Shown: in pieces, positions 31,258 to 41,313 of the stretch
Position numbering within the stretch: the stretch's first letter is position 1
How the letters are laid out: each line of letters begins with the position of its first letter
Assembly: GCA_963793425.1 (NCBI GenBank)
Contig: CAWCAG010000007.1
Coordinates: 320,001 to 384,000, forward strand
Direction of reading: 5' to 3'
DNA length: 64,000 nucleotides
Source of the DNA: an uncultured cyanobacterium
GTDB lineage: Bacteria; Cyanobacteriota; Cyanobacteriia; Cyanobacteriales; CAWCAG01
The notes under the pieces: model-generated
Told to the model about the DNA's origin: nothing
The model's input: the letters and a program-made list of their open reading frames with translations, nothing else
Database searches by the model: none
Position numbers and translations under genes: made by a program

Positions 31258-32970
31258 ATGAGTATCTTATCTTGCTTTCTTCTCAGTTTTGCACTCACAT
31301 TGACTTTATTTTGGCTTCTCAAGACCAAGGTTAATAACTTATTTCTATTACTATTAGGGCTACTACCAACAATCACAATTTATCTGGTTAATCCCTACAA
31401 TCGTGTCTATTCTGCCCACGGTTTCATGCACACAAGCTTCGTTTACCAAATAGCTAACGGAGTTTTACCGCCGCAAAATCCTTTAATAGGCGGGGAAGAT
31501 TTACTTTACCCTTGGGGTAGCCACTTATTGGTTGCATTAATAAGCCAATTTCTGACCATAACTCCTTCTAGCAGCTTTGCTTTACTCAACATCGTCAGTT
31601 TATTATTGACTATGGTTTTAGTTTTTAAAACAGCTTATTTACTTTTTTATAGCCGTCTCGCTGCTATGTTTGCTGTCTTCCTCTCTATATTTGGAGTTAC
31701 CTTTTTTAGTAGGGGAGATGTTGCCAAGTTTTTCAGTTATCTAACCAACCTTGCTATTTCTGAACCTCGCGCTGTTATAGGTATTAAGTTCACAAATATG
31801 AACACAATGCCTTTAGGGATTTTATTTTTTGCGTTATTCATTTATTCTTTGATATCAATCTTTTCTAAGGAAGAATATCTCAACCGTAATTACATTTCCT
31901 TATTTTTTGCTGTGTTGGGGGCAGGTTTCTTTTATCCTCTACTTTGGTTAGGACAAATAGTAAGTTGCCTTTTTCTCTGCGGTAGCATTTATCTTCAACA
32001 ACGGCAATTAGCTAAACAGAAAATTATAGTAACCCTTTTAAGTATCTTCGCAGCCACCTTAGTTTTATCTCCTTACATTTACTCCATATCTGCTGCTAAA
32101 AGTGGTAGTTCAATAGCCCTGACCTATGGTTGGAAAAGCTTATTAACTAAAATAGTTAATTACTTTTTTACTCTGTTGCCATTAACAGTGGTTTTCCTTT
32201 GCCAACCTAAAGCGATATTAGTTTTAGGACAGAACAAAAAAAAGGCTAATACGGCGATCGCAATCTTAGTAGCTACAGCTTTGATGTATATTTTTTTGAC
32301 TATTACACCTCCTCACCATAACGAATATAAATACTTAATGGCTAGTAGTCTTACTTGGGGAATTGTAGCTAGTATTGCTATGGAATCTTTGTATCAAGAA
32401 AATAGATTTATTTGTTTTCTTTTAGTTATGATTCTCTTACTACCAATTAGTGATGATTGGTTGCGAAAGCTTAACTTCAATAACTGGCAAATATCTGAGC
32501 CTTATATTGAACAAGGGATGTATTTGTTACATAAAGATAAAAAAGAAAATCATCTTTATGAATGGATAAGTAACAAAACACAAAAAGATGCTATCTTCTT
32601 GGATAATAAATTAACAATACCTGTTTTTGGTCGTAGACAATTATATATTGGCTTAGATAATTCTCTACAGGAGAAGAGTTCAGGATTTAAAGATGGTTGG
32701 AGAATGAGTATAGAAGAGTTACTAAGCATTCAAAAGTACTCTCCCCGCTTACTAAAGAGGAGGAAGAATCTAGCAAAACAGATTTACACCCCTCTTAACT
32801 CGGAAATTAGTTTAGAGACAACTAACCAACTCAAAGAAACGAGTAAGGATAAAGATGTTTATGTGGTGGCAAGACAGCCTAAAATAAGTCAAAAGCTGGC
32901 TGAAAATAAAGCTTTCAAACAAGTTTTTACTAATGAGGAAACCGATATTTACCAATTGAGAAAAAATTAA
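31258..32970 (+). CDS. Polytopic membrane protein, possibly GT-C-like
   Basis: About 12 TMs; H..H...V..I..G..PP.NP..GG..L.YPW loop; soluble C-terminal domain. Confidence 0.6.
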   Translation: MSILSCFLLSFALTLTLFWLLKTKVNNLFLLLLGLLPTITIYLVNPYNRVYSAHGFMHTSFVYQIANGVLPPQNPLIGGEDLLYPWGSHLLVALISQFLTITPSSSFALLNIVSLLLTMVLVFKTAYLLFYSRLAAMFAVFLSIFGVTFFSRGDVAKFFSYLTNLAISEPRAVIGIKFTNMNTMPLGILFFALFIYSLISIFSKEEYLNRNYISLFFAVLGAGFFYPLLWLGQIVSCLFLCGSIYLQQRQLAKQKIIVTLLSIFAATLVLSPYIYSISAAKSGSSIALTYGWKSLLTKIVNYFFTLLPLTVVFLCQPKAILVLGQNKKKANTAIAILVATALMYIFLTITPPHHNEYKYLMASSLTWGIVASIAMESLYQENRFICFLLVMILLLPISDDWLRKLNFNNWQISEPYIEQGMYLLHKDKKENHLYEWISNKTQKDAIFLDNKLTIPVFGRRQLYIGLDNSLQEKSSGFKDGWRMSIEELLSIQKYSPRLLKRRKNLAKQIYTPLNSEISLETTNQLKETSKDKDVYVVARQPKISQKLAENKAFKQVFTNEETDIYQLRKN

Positions 32971-33030
32971 CTCAAAAGCAGAAAGGTTATTACCTGAACG
33001 AAGATAACTAACAACTAATTGCTACTAAAC

Positions 33031-33474
33031 TTAATTTTTTGCCAACCACTTCTGTCCGTTTAGGCGCTGCACCGTGTACATCACCAGTAGAGGTAAATTC
33101 ACCCGTCGTTCATCAATCATGAAAGACTCAATCGTACTTGGAGATGCTCCATTACTAGCGCAAGAAAATCCTTTTTGCCCTTTAATATCTTCGTCAAGAA
33201 AATAGAGATTAAACTGACGTTTACCCCCTTGCCATTTACCAATAAATTGCCAACATTGTTCGTCGGAATTCGCCCCAACAATTGGTAACTTTTCTTTAAC
33301 TAAATCTAACTCGGCATCCTCAATACCTTCTTCAGATAAAGCTTTCTGCAAAGCAGGAGTAAAATCTTGGGCCATGAATTCTGTAAAAGGTTTATCTTCA
33401 ACTGCTGGGGGTTTCTTTTTTTTCGCTTTAGCAGCTTGAGCTTTTTTTTCTTGGGGTTTAGTTTCTTCTGGCAT
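33031..33474 (-). CDS. ndhV: DUF2996 protein (NdhV-like)
   Basis: KPPAVEDKPF.EF, IESFMIDERRV and QRLNGQKWL. Confidence 0.8.
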   Translation of the reverse strand: MPEETKPQEKKAQAAKAKKKKPPAVEDKPFTEFMAQDFTPALQKALSEEGIEDAELDLVKEKLPIVGANSDEQCWQFIGKWQGGKRQFNLYFLDEDIKGQKGFSCASNGASPSTIESFMIDERRVNLPLLVMYTVQRLNGQKWLAKN

Positions 33475-33534
33475 ATTCTTAGTTGTTAATAGCTTGCATA
33501 GACTGTAAGGGAAAAACTTTAATTCCTACATTTC

Positions 33535-33810
33535 TCAACCGCCTGCTACAGCTGGGACGATACTAACTTGATCTCCATCATTCAGAGGAGTATCTGCACC
33601 TTCTAAAAAGCGAATATCTTCATCATTAACATAAAGATTCAAAAAGCGACGAGGCTTACCTTCTTCATCTCGTAAACGTCCTTTAATGCTAGGACAAGTA
33701 CTTTCTAATGAATCAATTAATTCATTAACCGTACTACCTTCACCTTCAATTACTGCTTGAGCGTTAGTAAATTTTTGTAAGGGAGTGGGGATTAATACTT
33801 TGATAGTCAT
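33535..33810 (-). CDS. MoaD/ThiS/CysO-like ubiquitin-fold sulfur carrier
   Basis: [19 protein letters not shown] and C-terminal VPAVAGG. Confidence 0.93.
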   Translation of the reverse strand: MTIKVLIPTPLQKFTNAQAVIEGEGSTVNELIDSLESTCPSIKGRLRDEEGKPRRFLNLYVNDEDIRFLEGADTPLNDGDQVSIVPAVAGG

Positions 33811-33956
33811 AGTTTCAATTATTAATTACCAATTATCAACTTTTTTAAGGGCAACCCGCTTTCTCTTTATCTTAAAAGCTACGCAAACGAAATAGCAAGA
33901 TAAATTATAGTCACAAATTAGGTCGCCCGTCAGCCAGTTATTGCTTGTTTCTGTAC

Positions 33957-35261
33957 TTAAACTGAAGCCTGTTGCCATTCTAAGCGCTCTAAAGTTTGCG
34001 CCCTTTCTAAAGCCCTCTCAAAGCTTTCTAACTTAGGTTCGATGTTCAAAGGCTGTCCGACATAATTTTGTACTGCTTCTTGCGTCTTCAAGCCGTTACC
34101 AGTGATATAAACAACGGTAGTCTCATCAGCGCTAATTTTACCGGCTTCGACTAATTTCTTCAAAACAGCAATAGTTGTACCGCCAGCCGTTTCAGTAAAT
34201 ATTCCTTCAGTTTCAGCCAAAAGCTTAATGCCATCAATAATTTCTTTGTCAGTAACAGACTCAATATTACCGTTAGTTTTCCTAGCGAGATCCAAAGCGT
34301 AAATACCGTCAGCAGGGTTGCCAATAGCAATGGATTTAGCAATGGTATTAGGCTTAACTGGAGTTACAAAGTCTCTTCCTTCTTTAAAAGCTTGGGCAAT
34401 GGGAGAACAACCTTCAGCTTGAGCCCCACTGAAGCGTACTTCTTTGTCTTCAACCAAGCCAGTTTTGATAAATTCTTGGAAACCTTTGTAGATTTTTGTA
34501 TAGAGAGAGCCAGAAGCTAAAGGCGCAACAATATGATCTGGTAATTGCCAACCTAATTGTTCTGCTACTTCAAAACCAAGAGTCTTGGAACCTTCGGAAT
34601 AGTAGGGACGCAAATTAATATTAACAAAACCCCACTTGTGAGTGTTCGCCACTTCACTACAGAGACGGTTCACTTGGTCGTAATTCCCTTCAACTGCCAT
34701 TACTGTAGGGCTATAAACTAAAGTCCCCAAAACTTTCCCGGCTTCGAGATCGGCGGGAATGAAAACACAACAATCTAAACCAGCATGGGCGGCGATCGCC
34801 GCAGTAGAATTAGCCAAGTTCCCTGTACTAGCACAAGAAACTGTCGAGAAACCCAATTCACGGGCGCGACTCAAAGCCACAGAAACCACCCGATCCTTAA
34901 AACTCAAGGTGGGCATATTGACAGCATCGTTTTTGATATAGAGTTTTTTCAGACCCAAGCGACGAGCTAAACGGTTGGATTCAACCAAAGGAGTCATGCC
35001 AGTGCCAACATCAATATAGTTATCGGTAGCCACAGGCAAAAAAGGACGATAGCGCCAAATCGAGTTAGGGCCAGCTTGGATAGTTTCCCGACTTACTTGA
35101 GAACGAATTTTGTCATAATCATAAGCAACTTCTAAAGGACCAAAGCACTCTTCGCAAATATGGAGTGCCTTGAGGGGATACTCAGCGCCAGATTCCTTAG
35201 AAACCAGCTTGGTAAAAGTGGCCGAATCGCTTTGTTTTTCGCGGGTAATAACCTGGGTCAT
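33957..35261 (-). CDS. thrC: Threonine-synthase-like PLP enzyme
   Basis: PTLSFKDR (PLP lysine), CASTGNLA, EGSKT and ITGNGLK; the actual reaction is uncertain (see findings). Confidence 0.85.
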   Translation of the reverse strand: MTQVITREKQSDSATFTKLVSKESGAEYPLKALHICEECFGPLEVAYDYDKIRSQVSRETIQAGPNSIWRYRPFLPVATDNYIDVGTGMTPLVESNRLARRLGLKKLYIKNDAVNMPTLSFKDRVVSVALSRARELGFSTVSCASTGNLANSTAAIAAHAGLDCCVFIPADLEAGKVLGTLVYSPTVMAVEGNYDQVNRLCSEVANTHKWGFVNINLRPYYSEGSKTLGFEVAEQLGWQLPDHIVAPLASGSLYTKIYKGFQEFIKTGLVEDKEVRFSGAQAEGCSPIAQAFKEGRDFVTPVKPNTIAKSIAIGNPADGIYALDLARKTNGNIESVTDKEIIDGIKLLAETEGIFTETAGGTTIAVLKKLVEAGKISADETTVVYITGNGLKTQEAVQNYVGQPLNIEPKLESFERALERAQTLERLEWQQASV

Positions 35262-35301
35262 AGCTCTACTCTAATCTCTTATTTCCGTCAATGTTCCACA
35301 A

Positions 35302-35330
35302 ACAGTAACACAGCTCACAATACTCGTCAA
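35302..35330 (-). promoter_or_regulatory. Sigma70-type promoter for the thrC-like/sulfur-carrier operon
   Basis: Minus strand TTGACG-N17-TACTGT with an extended TG. Confidence 0.65.
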
Positions 35331-35332
35331 AC

Positions 35333-35357
35333 ATACCCGACTAAATAAGTCGGGTAT
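35333..35357. promoter_or_regulatory. IscR type-1-like (Rrf2) palindromic operator
   Basis: ATACCCGACT-AAATA-AGTCGGGTAT, perfect 10-bp arms, 24/25 match to ATASYYGACTRwwwYAGTCRRSTAT. Confidence 0.75.
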
Positions 35358-35573
35358 TATTTATCGCAGGAGAATGCTTGCTCTACGGAACTATCAGCAT
35401 TTACTTAATTGCTTTCCCATGAAGGCTTCTAGGAAAGGCAAAAGTGGTTCAAACCTTGATTAATCGTTTTGTTGCCGAATCCTAGTTGTATAATTCTTAT
35501 TGGCGATCGCAGAGTCTCTCTCTCTGCTCAAAGGAGAATTGCGTACACTTCACAAGTTACAAAAGGATCGAGT

Positions 35574-36383
35574 ATGGAAGATTTTTGGATTGATATTTTA
35601 GATTTTACTCGTACCATTACCAAAGAAGTTGGCAGCCAGCTTAAGTTGGACTTTGGGCAGGTGCAGGCAACACGCAAAGCTGATGGAACCTTAGTCACAA
35701 AAGCTGATCAATGGGCTGATGAAGTAATTCGCAAAGCAATTACAGCTCGTTTTCCCGAACATGGCATTCTCACAGAAGAAACTCTCCATATCTTCCCTGA
35801 AAATGATTGGTGCTGGATTGTAGATCCCATCGATGGCACAACTAACTTTACCAGGGGTATTCCTATTTGGGGCATTTCCCTCGGCTTACTTTATCAAGGA
35901 ACTCCCGTTTTTGGAGCAGTTTATTTTCCTGAATTTGAGCAGTTTTTCCACGGCTATTGGTATGGAGAATCTGGCTTGACTGGTCCGACGGGGGCTTACA
36001 AAAATGGTGAACTCATCAAAACCAGCCAAGATTCTCCTAGTCAAAATCATCTCTTCAACCTTTGCGCCCGCAGTACTGCGATTCTCAAAGAACCTTTTCC
36101 TTGTAAAATAAGATTAATTGGTGTTGCTAGTTATAATTGCCTTCTAGTAGCTTCCGGCACAGCTTTAGGAGGTGTAGAAGCGACCCCTAAAGTGTGGGAT
36201 ATTGCTGCTGTTTGGGCCATTGTCCAAGCCGCAGGAGGCATTTTCCTGTCCTTAAAATCAGAACCAGTTTTCCCCCTCAAAGTGGGAGAAGATTACGGGA
36301 ATTGTCCTTTTCCGACTTTAGTATCTTCTCAAGAAAGATTGCTTCCCGTCTTCAAACCTTTCGTAGCATTCCTTAGCAGCTAG
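35574..36383 (+). CDS. Inositol monophosphatase family protein
   Basis: WIVDPIDGTTNF and WDIAA; likely start ATG 35574. Confidence 0.92.
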   Translation: MEDFWIDILDFTRTITKEVGSQLKLDFGQVQATRKADGTLVTKADQWADEVIRKAITARFPEHGILTEETLHIFPENDWCWIVDPIDGTTNFTRGIPIWGISLGLLYQGTPVFGAVYFPEFEQFFHGYWYGESGLTGPTGAYKNGELIKTSQDSPSQNHLFNLCARSTAILKEPFPCKIRLIGVASYNCLLVASGTALGGVEATPKVWDIAAVWAIVQAAGGIFLSLKSEPVFPLKVGEDYGNCPFPTLVSSQERLLPVFKPFVAFLSS

Positions 36384-36422
36384 GGACAAAATATCATATT
36401 CTTGTGAACTTAGAATTAGGAA

Positions 36423-37028
36423 TTAGGAATTACTGTCTCCATTAAGTAAAGGTCGTACAATCAAAAATCCCATACTGAAAGCTGTCAAAACAATTAAGAT
36501 AATTGCCAAAATCAATAACCAACCACTCACATCAGAAGAACTTTCTGGCTGAGAAGAACGACGAGGCTTACTTTCTGGAACTTCCACTATTAGCTGTTCG
36601 GGAACTTCAGGAGGAGTTTCGGGAAGATAAGGACGTGGAGGTGTATCTATAGAAGGTAAAGGTGGGGCAGCAGGAATTTGGTCTGTAAAGGATTGAGGTT
36701 GGGGGGTTTGGGCAGAGATCACCGGCGCAGCAAAGTTAGCACCTGTGTAGCTAGAACCATCAAGGGAAGAGAGGAGATGCTGAACATCTCGTGCTGAATG
36801 AAGCAGCTTATCTACCTCTTGGCGTAGTTGTTGGTTTTGTTGAACCAGTTGCTGATTTTGAGCTTTAAGAGAGCCTAACTGAGACTGGGTTGATTGTAAT
36901 TCAGCCGCTAGCTGTCGGTAAACAGTAATCGGTACAGAAGGGCGATAAGCGCTTTTTCCAGTTGAGGGATTAGGAGCATTAACCGTCGGGTTTTGCATGG
37001 GAGGATTACTTGGAGATTTAGAGGTCAT
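36423..37028 (-). CDS. Hypothetical protein: coiled coil, Pro-rich linker and C-terminal TM
   Basis: PSVPITVYRQLAAELQ motif followed by a Q-rich heptad region. Confidence 0.78.
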   Translation of the reverse strand: MTSKSPSNPPMQNPTVNAPNPSTGKSAYRPSVPITVYRQLAAELQSTQSQLGSLKAQNQQLVQQNQQLRQEVDKLLHSARDVQHLLSSLDGSSYTGANFAAPVISAQTPQPQSFTDQIPAAPPLPSIDTPPRPYLPETPPEVPEQLIVEVPESKPRRSSQPESSSDVSGWLLILAIILIVLTAFSMGFLIVRPLLNGDSNS

Positions 37029-37104
37029 AACTATAGCAAAACTTACTTAAGCTAAGAATAGTAGAAATTTTAAGTAAATGTCAGCAAATTTTGTTATTTA
37101 ATAA

Positions 37105-38373
37105 CTATCGCCGAGGGAAACGCCGTCTTTGGAGAAACTCAGGAATATCCAAACGATTGGCGCTGGGTTCTGGCGCTGGAGAGGGTTTTGTCGCCCTGGG
37201 AGGAGGAGTTATTGGTCTGCTAGGAGTAGGAATCGCTTTACCTTTTGGGGGAGGAGGTGGTGCTTCACCACTAAACCCAGTAGCAATGACAGTAATTCTA
37301 ATTTCCCCTTGCATCTTCTCATCAATTACTGCACCGAAAATAATATTAGCATTGGGATCAACAACCTCGTAAATAGTCTCCGCAGCGAAGTTAACTTCAT
37401 GGAGGGTAAGATCGCTTCCTCCAGTAATGTTAAAGACAACCCCTCTAGCCCCTTCAATGGAAGATTCTAAAAGAGGGGAAGAAATTGCTGCCACAGCCGC
37501 TTCTCTAGCGCGAGATTTTCCAGATCCTAAGCCGATACCCATCAAAGCAGAACCAGCATCTGCCATGACTGCCCTAACATCCGCAAAATCGACATTTACT
37601 AAGCCGGGAATAATAATAATATCTGAGATCCCTTGCACCCCTTGACGCAGAATATCATCGGCTACTCGAAAGGCTTCTTGTACAGGAGTTTGTTCAGAAA
37701 TTACTGATAAAAGCTTGTTGTTAGGAATTACAATTAAAGTATCCACTCGCGTTTGCAAAGCAGAGATACCTTCTTCAGCTTGAGTAGTACGGCGACGACC
37801 TTCAAAGGTAAAAGGACGGGTTACCACCCCTACCGTGAGACAACCCATTTCCTTGGCCACTTCTGCGACAATGGGCGCTGCCCCAGTCCCAGTACCACCT
37901 CCCATGCCAGCAGTAATAAATACCAAGTCAGTATTTTCTAAAGCATGGGCAATTTCATCACGAGATTCTTCAGCCGCTTTTTGACCAATAGCAGGATTAC
38001 CCCCTGCCCCCAATCCTCTCGTTAATTTTTGCCCTAATTGTAAGCGGTTAGGAGCATCTGCTAAAGCTAAAGCTTGAGCATCAGTATTAATTGACCAAAA
38101 TTCAACCCCTGTAATATCACTAGCAATCATACGATTGACAGCATTACACCCTCCCCCACCAACACCAATAACTTTTATTTTGGCAACGTTACCTGGCACG
38201 ATATTATCACTCCTAGTTTCTTGGCTGGGTACTCCTTTGGTATCGTTGCTTGGGTGGAAGGGTAACCCAGAATTATTAAAGGGATGAGTGTTTTCCATTG
38301 TTACCGACAAATCAGTATATGCTGAATTGTTGAAGTTCTCATCTGTTAGCCCTAGTTTACTATTAAGCGTCAT
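37105..38373 (-). CDS. ftsZ: Cell division protein FtsZ
   Basis: [23 protein letters not shown] and C-terminal LDIPEFL. Confidence 0.99.
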   Translation of the reverse strand: MTLNSKLGLTDENFNNSAYTDLSVTMENTHPFNNSGLPFHPSNDTKGVPSQETRSDNIVPGNVAKIKVIGVGGGGCNAVNRMIASDITGVEFWSINTDAQALALADAPNRLQLGQKLTRGLGAGGNPAIGQKAAEESRDEIAHALENTDLVFITAGMGGGTGTGAAPIVAEVAKEMGCLTVGVVTRPFTFEGRRRTTQAEEGISALQTRVDTLIVIPNNKLLSVISEQTPVQEAFRVADDILRQGVQGISDIIIIPGLVNVDFADVRAVMADAGSALMGIGLGSGKSRAREAAVAAISSPLLESSIEGARGVVFNITGGSDLTLHEVNFAAETIYEVVDPNANIIFGAVIDEKMQGEIRITVIATGFSGEAPPPPPKGKAIPTPSRPITPPPRATKPSPAPEPSANRLDIPEFLQRRRFPRR

Positions 38374-38624
38374 TGCAGTTAGAAAGTTTTAATAAACAAC
38401 TATATATATTTGAAAGTATGTAGCTAGTCAATTATGTCAAATATTATCTAATCTAGTCTAATTGGGTCTAATCTTTTTCCTTAATACTTAGATTTGTTAA
38501 ACATTATTCCCTCAAGATAGACAAAACTCTGGGTTTAGTTTCGACGTTACTACTCCCAATACAATTCCTCCTTAAGGGGGAAATTACTCATTCCTAGACT
38601 TGATCAGTATTGAACAATAGTACT

Positions 38625-39428
38625 TTACCCTTTATTACCTTTCATTTTTAGAGCAGGGTTTTGGGGATTTTGGAGGTCAATGTAATCAATTTTACTTCCT
38701 TCAACTTTGGTATTGAGATTACCCATCTGAGCTAATATACTAAGCTGCTCAGGAAAAATTCGGGAATTATAGGAACCAAAATGTACTTCTCCTAATTCCG
38801 TCTTAAAAACCAGATTGCTCGGATCTTGAAAATCAATCTCAAATATCTTGATTCTAGAACGAGCAACTGCTTGATAAATCTCTGACCAGTAGGTAGTTGA
38901 TTGAGAGTTCAAGCCAATAACTTTGAGAGTGGGAAGTTGAATGTCATGCTCTATTCCTGTGTAGCTTTTTTTAGCCATCCAAATTCCTTGCTCATCGAGA
39001 TAGCCAATTTCTGAATCAGTCTCTTGAGTTGGTAGAGCAATTGCTACCGGTTTGCGTTCTTTCACTTCAACTGTCAAACTAGGAGGAAGTAATTGCCTTG
39101 TTACTGTCGCTTCGGCAATAGGGCCCTGATCTTCTAATCCTTGGCTAACTGAAGAAGGTTGTAATTGCAGAATTGACTGGGGATAAGACATCGGTATGAG
39201 GCTGCGAACCGCTTGTACTGAAAGAAGCTGATTACCCTCAATTTCTATTTGTTCTGGTTTGCGAATTACCCAGTTAGGTAAAGCGACAGCCCACACTAAG
39301 CCTCCTGCCATACCTGTAACAAGTAATGATCGCCAAATTCCTTGCCAGAATTTAATGCGCCGACGACGTTGCAGTTGTTGCCTTCTGTTCTTCAGTTCTG
39401 CTGGAGAGACTGATATGATGCTTGTCAT
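38625..39428 (-). CDS. ftsQ: Cell division protein FtsQ/DivIB
   Basis: Basic N-terminus, TM, POTRA (IEIEGNQLL...VEVKERKP) and YIDL; upstream of ftsZ. Confidence 0.93.
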   Translation of the reverse strand: MTSIISVSPAELKNRRQQLQRRRRIKFWQGIWRSLLVTGMAGGLVWAVALPNWVIRKPEQIEIEGNQLLSVQAVRSLIPMSYPQSILQLQPSSVSQGLEDQGPIAEATVTRQLLPPSLTVEVKERKPVAIALPTQETDSEIGYLDEQGIWMAKKSYTGIEHDIQLPTLKVIGLNSQSTTYWSEIYQAVARSRIKIFEIDFQDPSNLVFKTELGEVHFGSYNSRIFPEQLSILAQMGNLNTKVEGSKIDYIDLQNPQNPALKMKGNKG

Positions 39429-39909
39429 CTACTGGCTCTCAATACGACTCAATACATGTAGTTTTTGTCTAAGGCTGCATCTATACCAGTTACTTAGGTT
39501 AGATAGCTGTGCTTATTCTAATTTAATCACTTCCCCATTGGAGATTTTATTTTAGCTATCTAGAATTTATCCCTAGTTCTTCTGAGGGTGAGGGGTGAGC
39601 GACCTCTTGAAGGTAAGAGGTGGAACGTGGATGGTAGAAATTAGAAGAGAAACAACCTTTTTCTCAGTTATTCTCCTTTAACTGAACCAAAAAGAGAATA
39701 GCTCAAAAAATAATTGGCTTTGACTTTTTTTGTGTTCCCGTCCTTTTTTGCCCAATAGCTCCCTAGTTTCCCTCACTAGATCAGCTAAACCTCAAGTTCA
39801 ATATTTCTTTTCTTATTATTCTCCCCTCAAAAAAAATGGAGCATGGGTGAAATACTCTCAATTGGGCAATTAACTTCAATCGTACAAACAAATCTCTCAA
39901 AATCTTGAT

Positions 39910-41238
39910 ATGGAATTAGACTTACTCAGATTTTTTCAAGCTTGCAACCCCAGCAAAACTCTAGACCTAGCCAAACCAGAAGATCGCAACTATTATATTG
40001 ACTTTTCTGGAGTTCGAGGAGGCAAAATCATTGAGGCTTTAGGGCGCACTATTACTCGCCTTGCCCCTGACGATCCTACTTGTCAACTATTTACAGGACA
40101 TATTGGTTGCGGTAAGTCAACAGAATTATTGCGCTTAAAAGCTAATTTAGAACAACAAAAGTTTCATGTTGTCTATCTTCAGTCCAGTCGCGACTTAGAT
40201 ATGGTAGATGTTAGCATTAGTGACATTCTTTTAGCTATTGCTCGTTCTGTCAGCGAAAGTCTTGAAGCTAAAGGTATTAAACCTAAACCAGGATACTTTG
40301 CTAACTTATTTGCTGATATCAAAGATTTCCTCCAAACACCAATTGATCTTTCTGGGGAAGCAGAATTATCTGTAGGTATTGCCAGGATCACTGCGAGAAC
40401 TCAAGAAAGCCCCAAGTTAAGGGAGCAACTTCGGCAATCTTTAGAACCTAGAGTAGAGGGAATTTTAAGGGCTATTAATGAAGAAATACTAGAGCCTTCA
40501 ATTGGAGAGCTAAAAGGTAGAGGCTATAGAGGATTAGTGGTAATTGTTGATAATTTAGACCGAGTTGCCCCTCGTCCTGCAACAAAAGAAAGATTGCTAC
40601 CAGAGTATTTATTTATTGACCGGGGGCCACAGCTACAAAGGCTCAACTGCCACATGGTTTATACCATACCCTTATCATTAATCTTTTCTAATGAATACCA
40701 AGCTCTTAAGAACCGACTGGGGGGAGGTGTAGCCCCGAAAGTTTTACCCATGGTTCCAGCCCAGCAGAGAGATGGGCAAGAAGATACTCAAGGCATGGCT
40801 TTACTACGACAACTAGTACTAGCTAGGGCCTTTCCTCATCTCGATCCTCAATTTAGACTAGCTTCAATGTCCCAGGTATTTGATAGCCCTGAAACTTTAG
40901 ACCGACTTTGCTTAATTAGTGGAGGTCATGTTCGTAATCTACTTGGTCTTCTCTATAACTGTTTGCAAGAAGAAGATCCCCCTTTATCGAGGGAATGTTT
41001 AGAACACGTCATTAAAGGTTACCGTGACGACATACTCTTAGCTATTGAGAAAAATGAATGGGAACTAATATCTCAAGTAGTTCAACAGCAAGTAATCACA
41101 GGTGAGAAAGAATACCATACTCTTTTACGCAGTATGTTTGTCTTTGAATACCGTGACGAATTAGGTCGCTGGTTTGGTATTAATCCAGCCTTATCCGAAA
41201 CAGTCAAATTTCAATCTTTATTAGCTTCAGCTAGTTAA
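39910..41238 (+). CDS. P-loop NTPase (cyanobacterial AAA-like ATP-binding protein)
   Basis: Walker A GHIGCGKS, Walker B VVIVDNLDR and SGGHVRNLL. Confidence 0.88.
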   Translation: MELDLLRFFQACNPSKTLDLAKPEDRNYYIDFSGVRGGKIIEALGRTITRLAPDDPTCQLFTGHIGCGKSTELLRLKANLEQQKFHVVYLQSSRDLDMVDVSISDILLAIARSVSESLEAKGIKPKPGYFANLFADIKDFLQTPIDLSGEAELSVGIARITARTQESPKLREQLRQSLEPRVEGILRAINEEILEPSIGELKGRGYRGLVVIVDNLDRVAPRPATKERLLPEYLFIDRGPQLQRLNCHMVYTIPLSLIFSNEYQALKNRLGGGVAPKVLPMVPAQQRDGQEDTQGMALLRQLVLARAFPHLDPQFRLASMSQVFDSPETLDRLCLISGGHVRNLLGLLYNCLQEEDPPLSRECLEHVIKGYRDDILLAIEKNEWELISQVVQQQVITGEKEYHTLLRSMFVFEYRDELGRWFGINPALSETVKFQSLLASAS

Positions 41239-41313
41239 AAGCTAATCAATAAAATCCGAAAATTATAAATTGATCATAATTCCTTTAAAAGAGAGCTATT
41301 AAAAAGAACTCTC

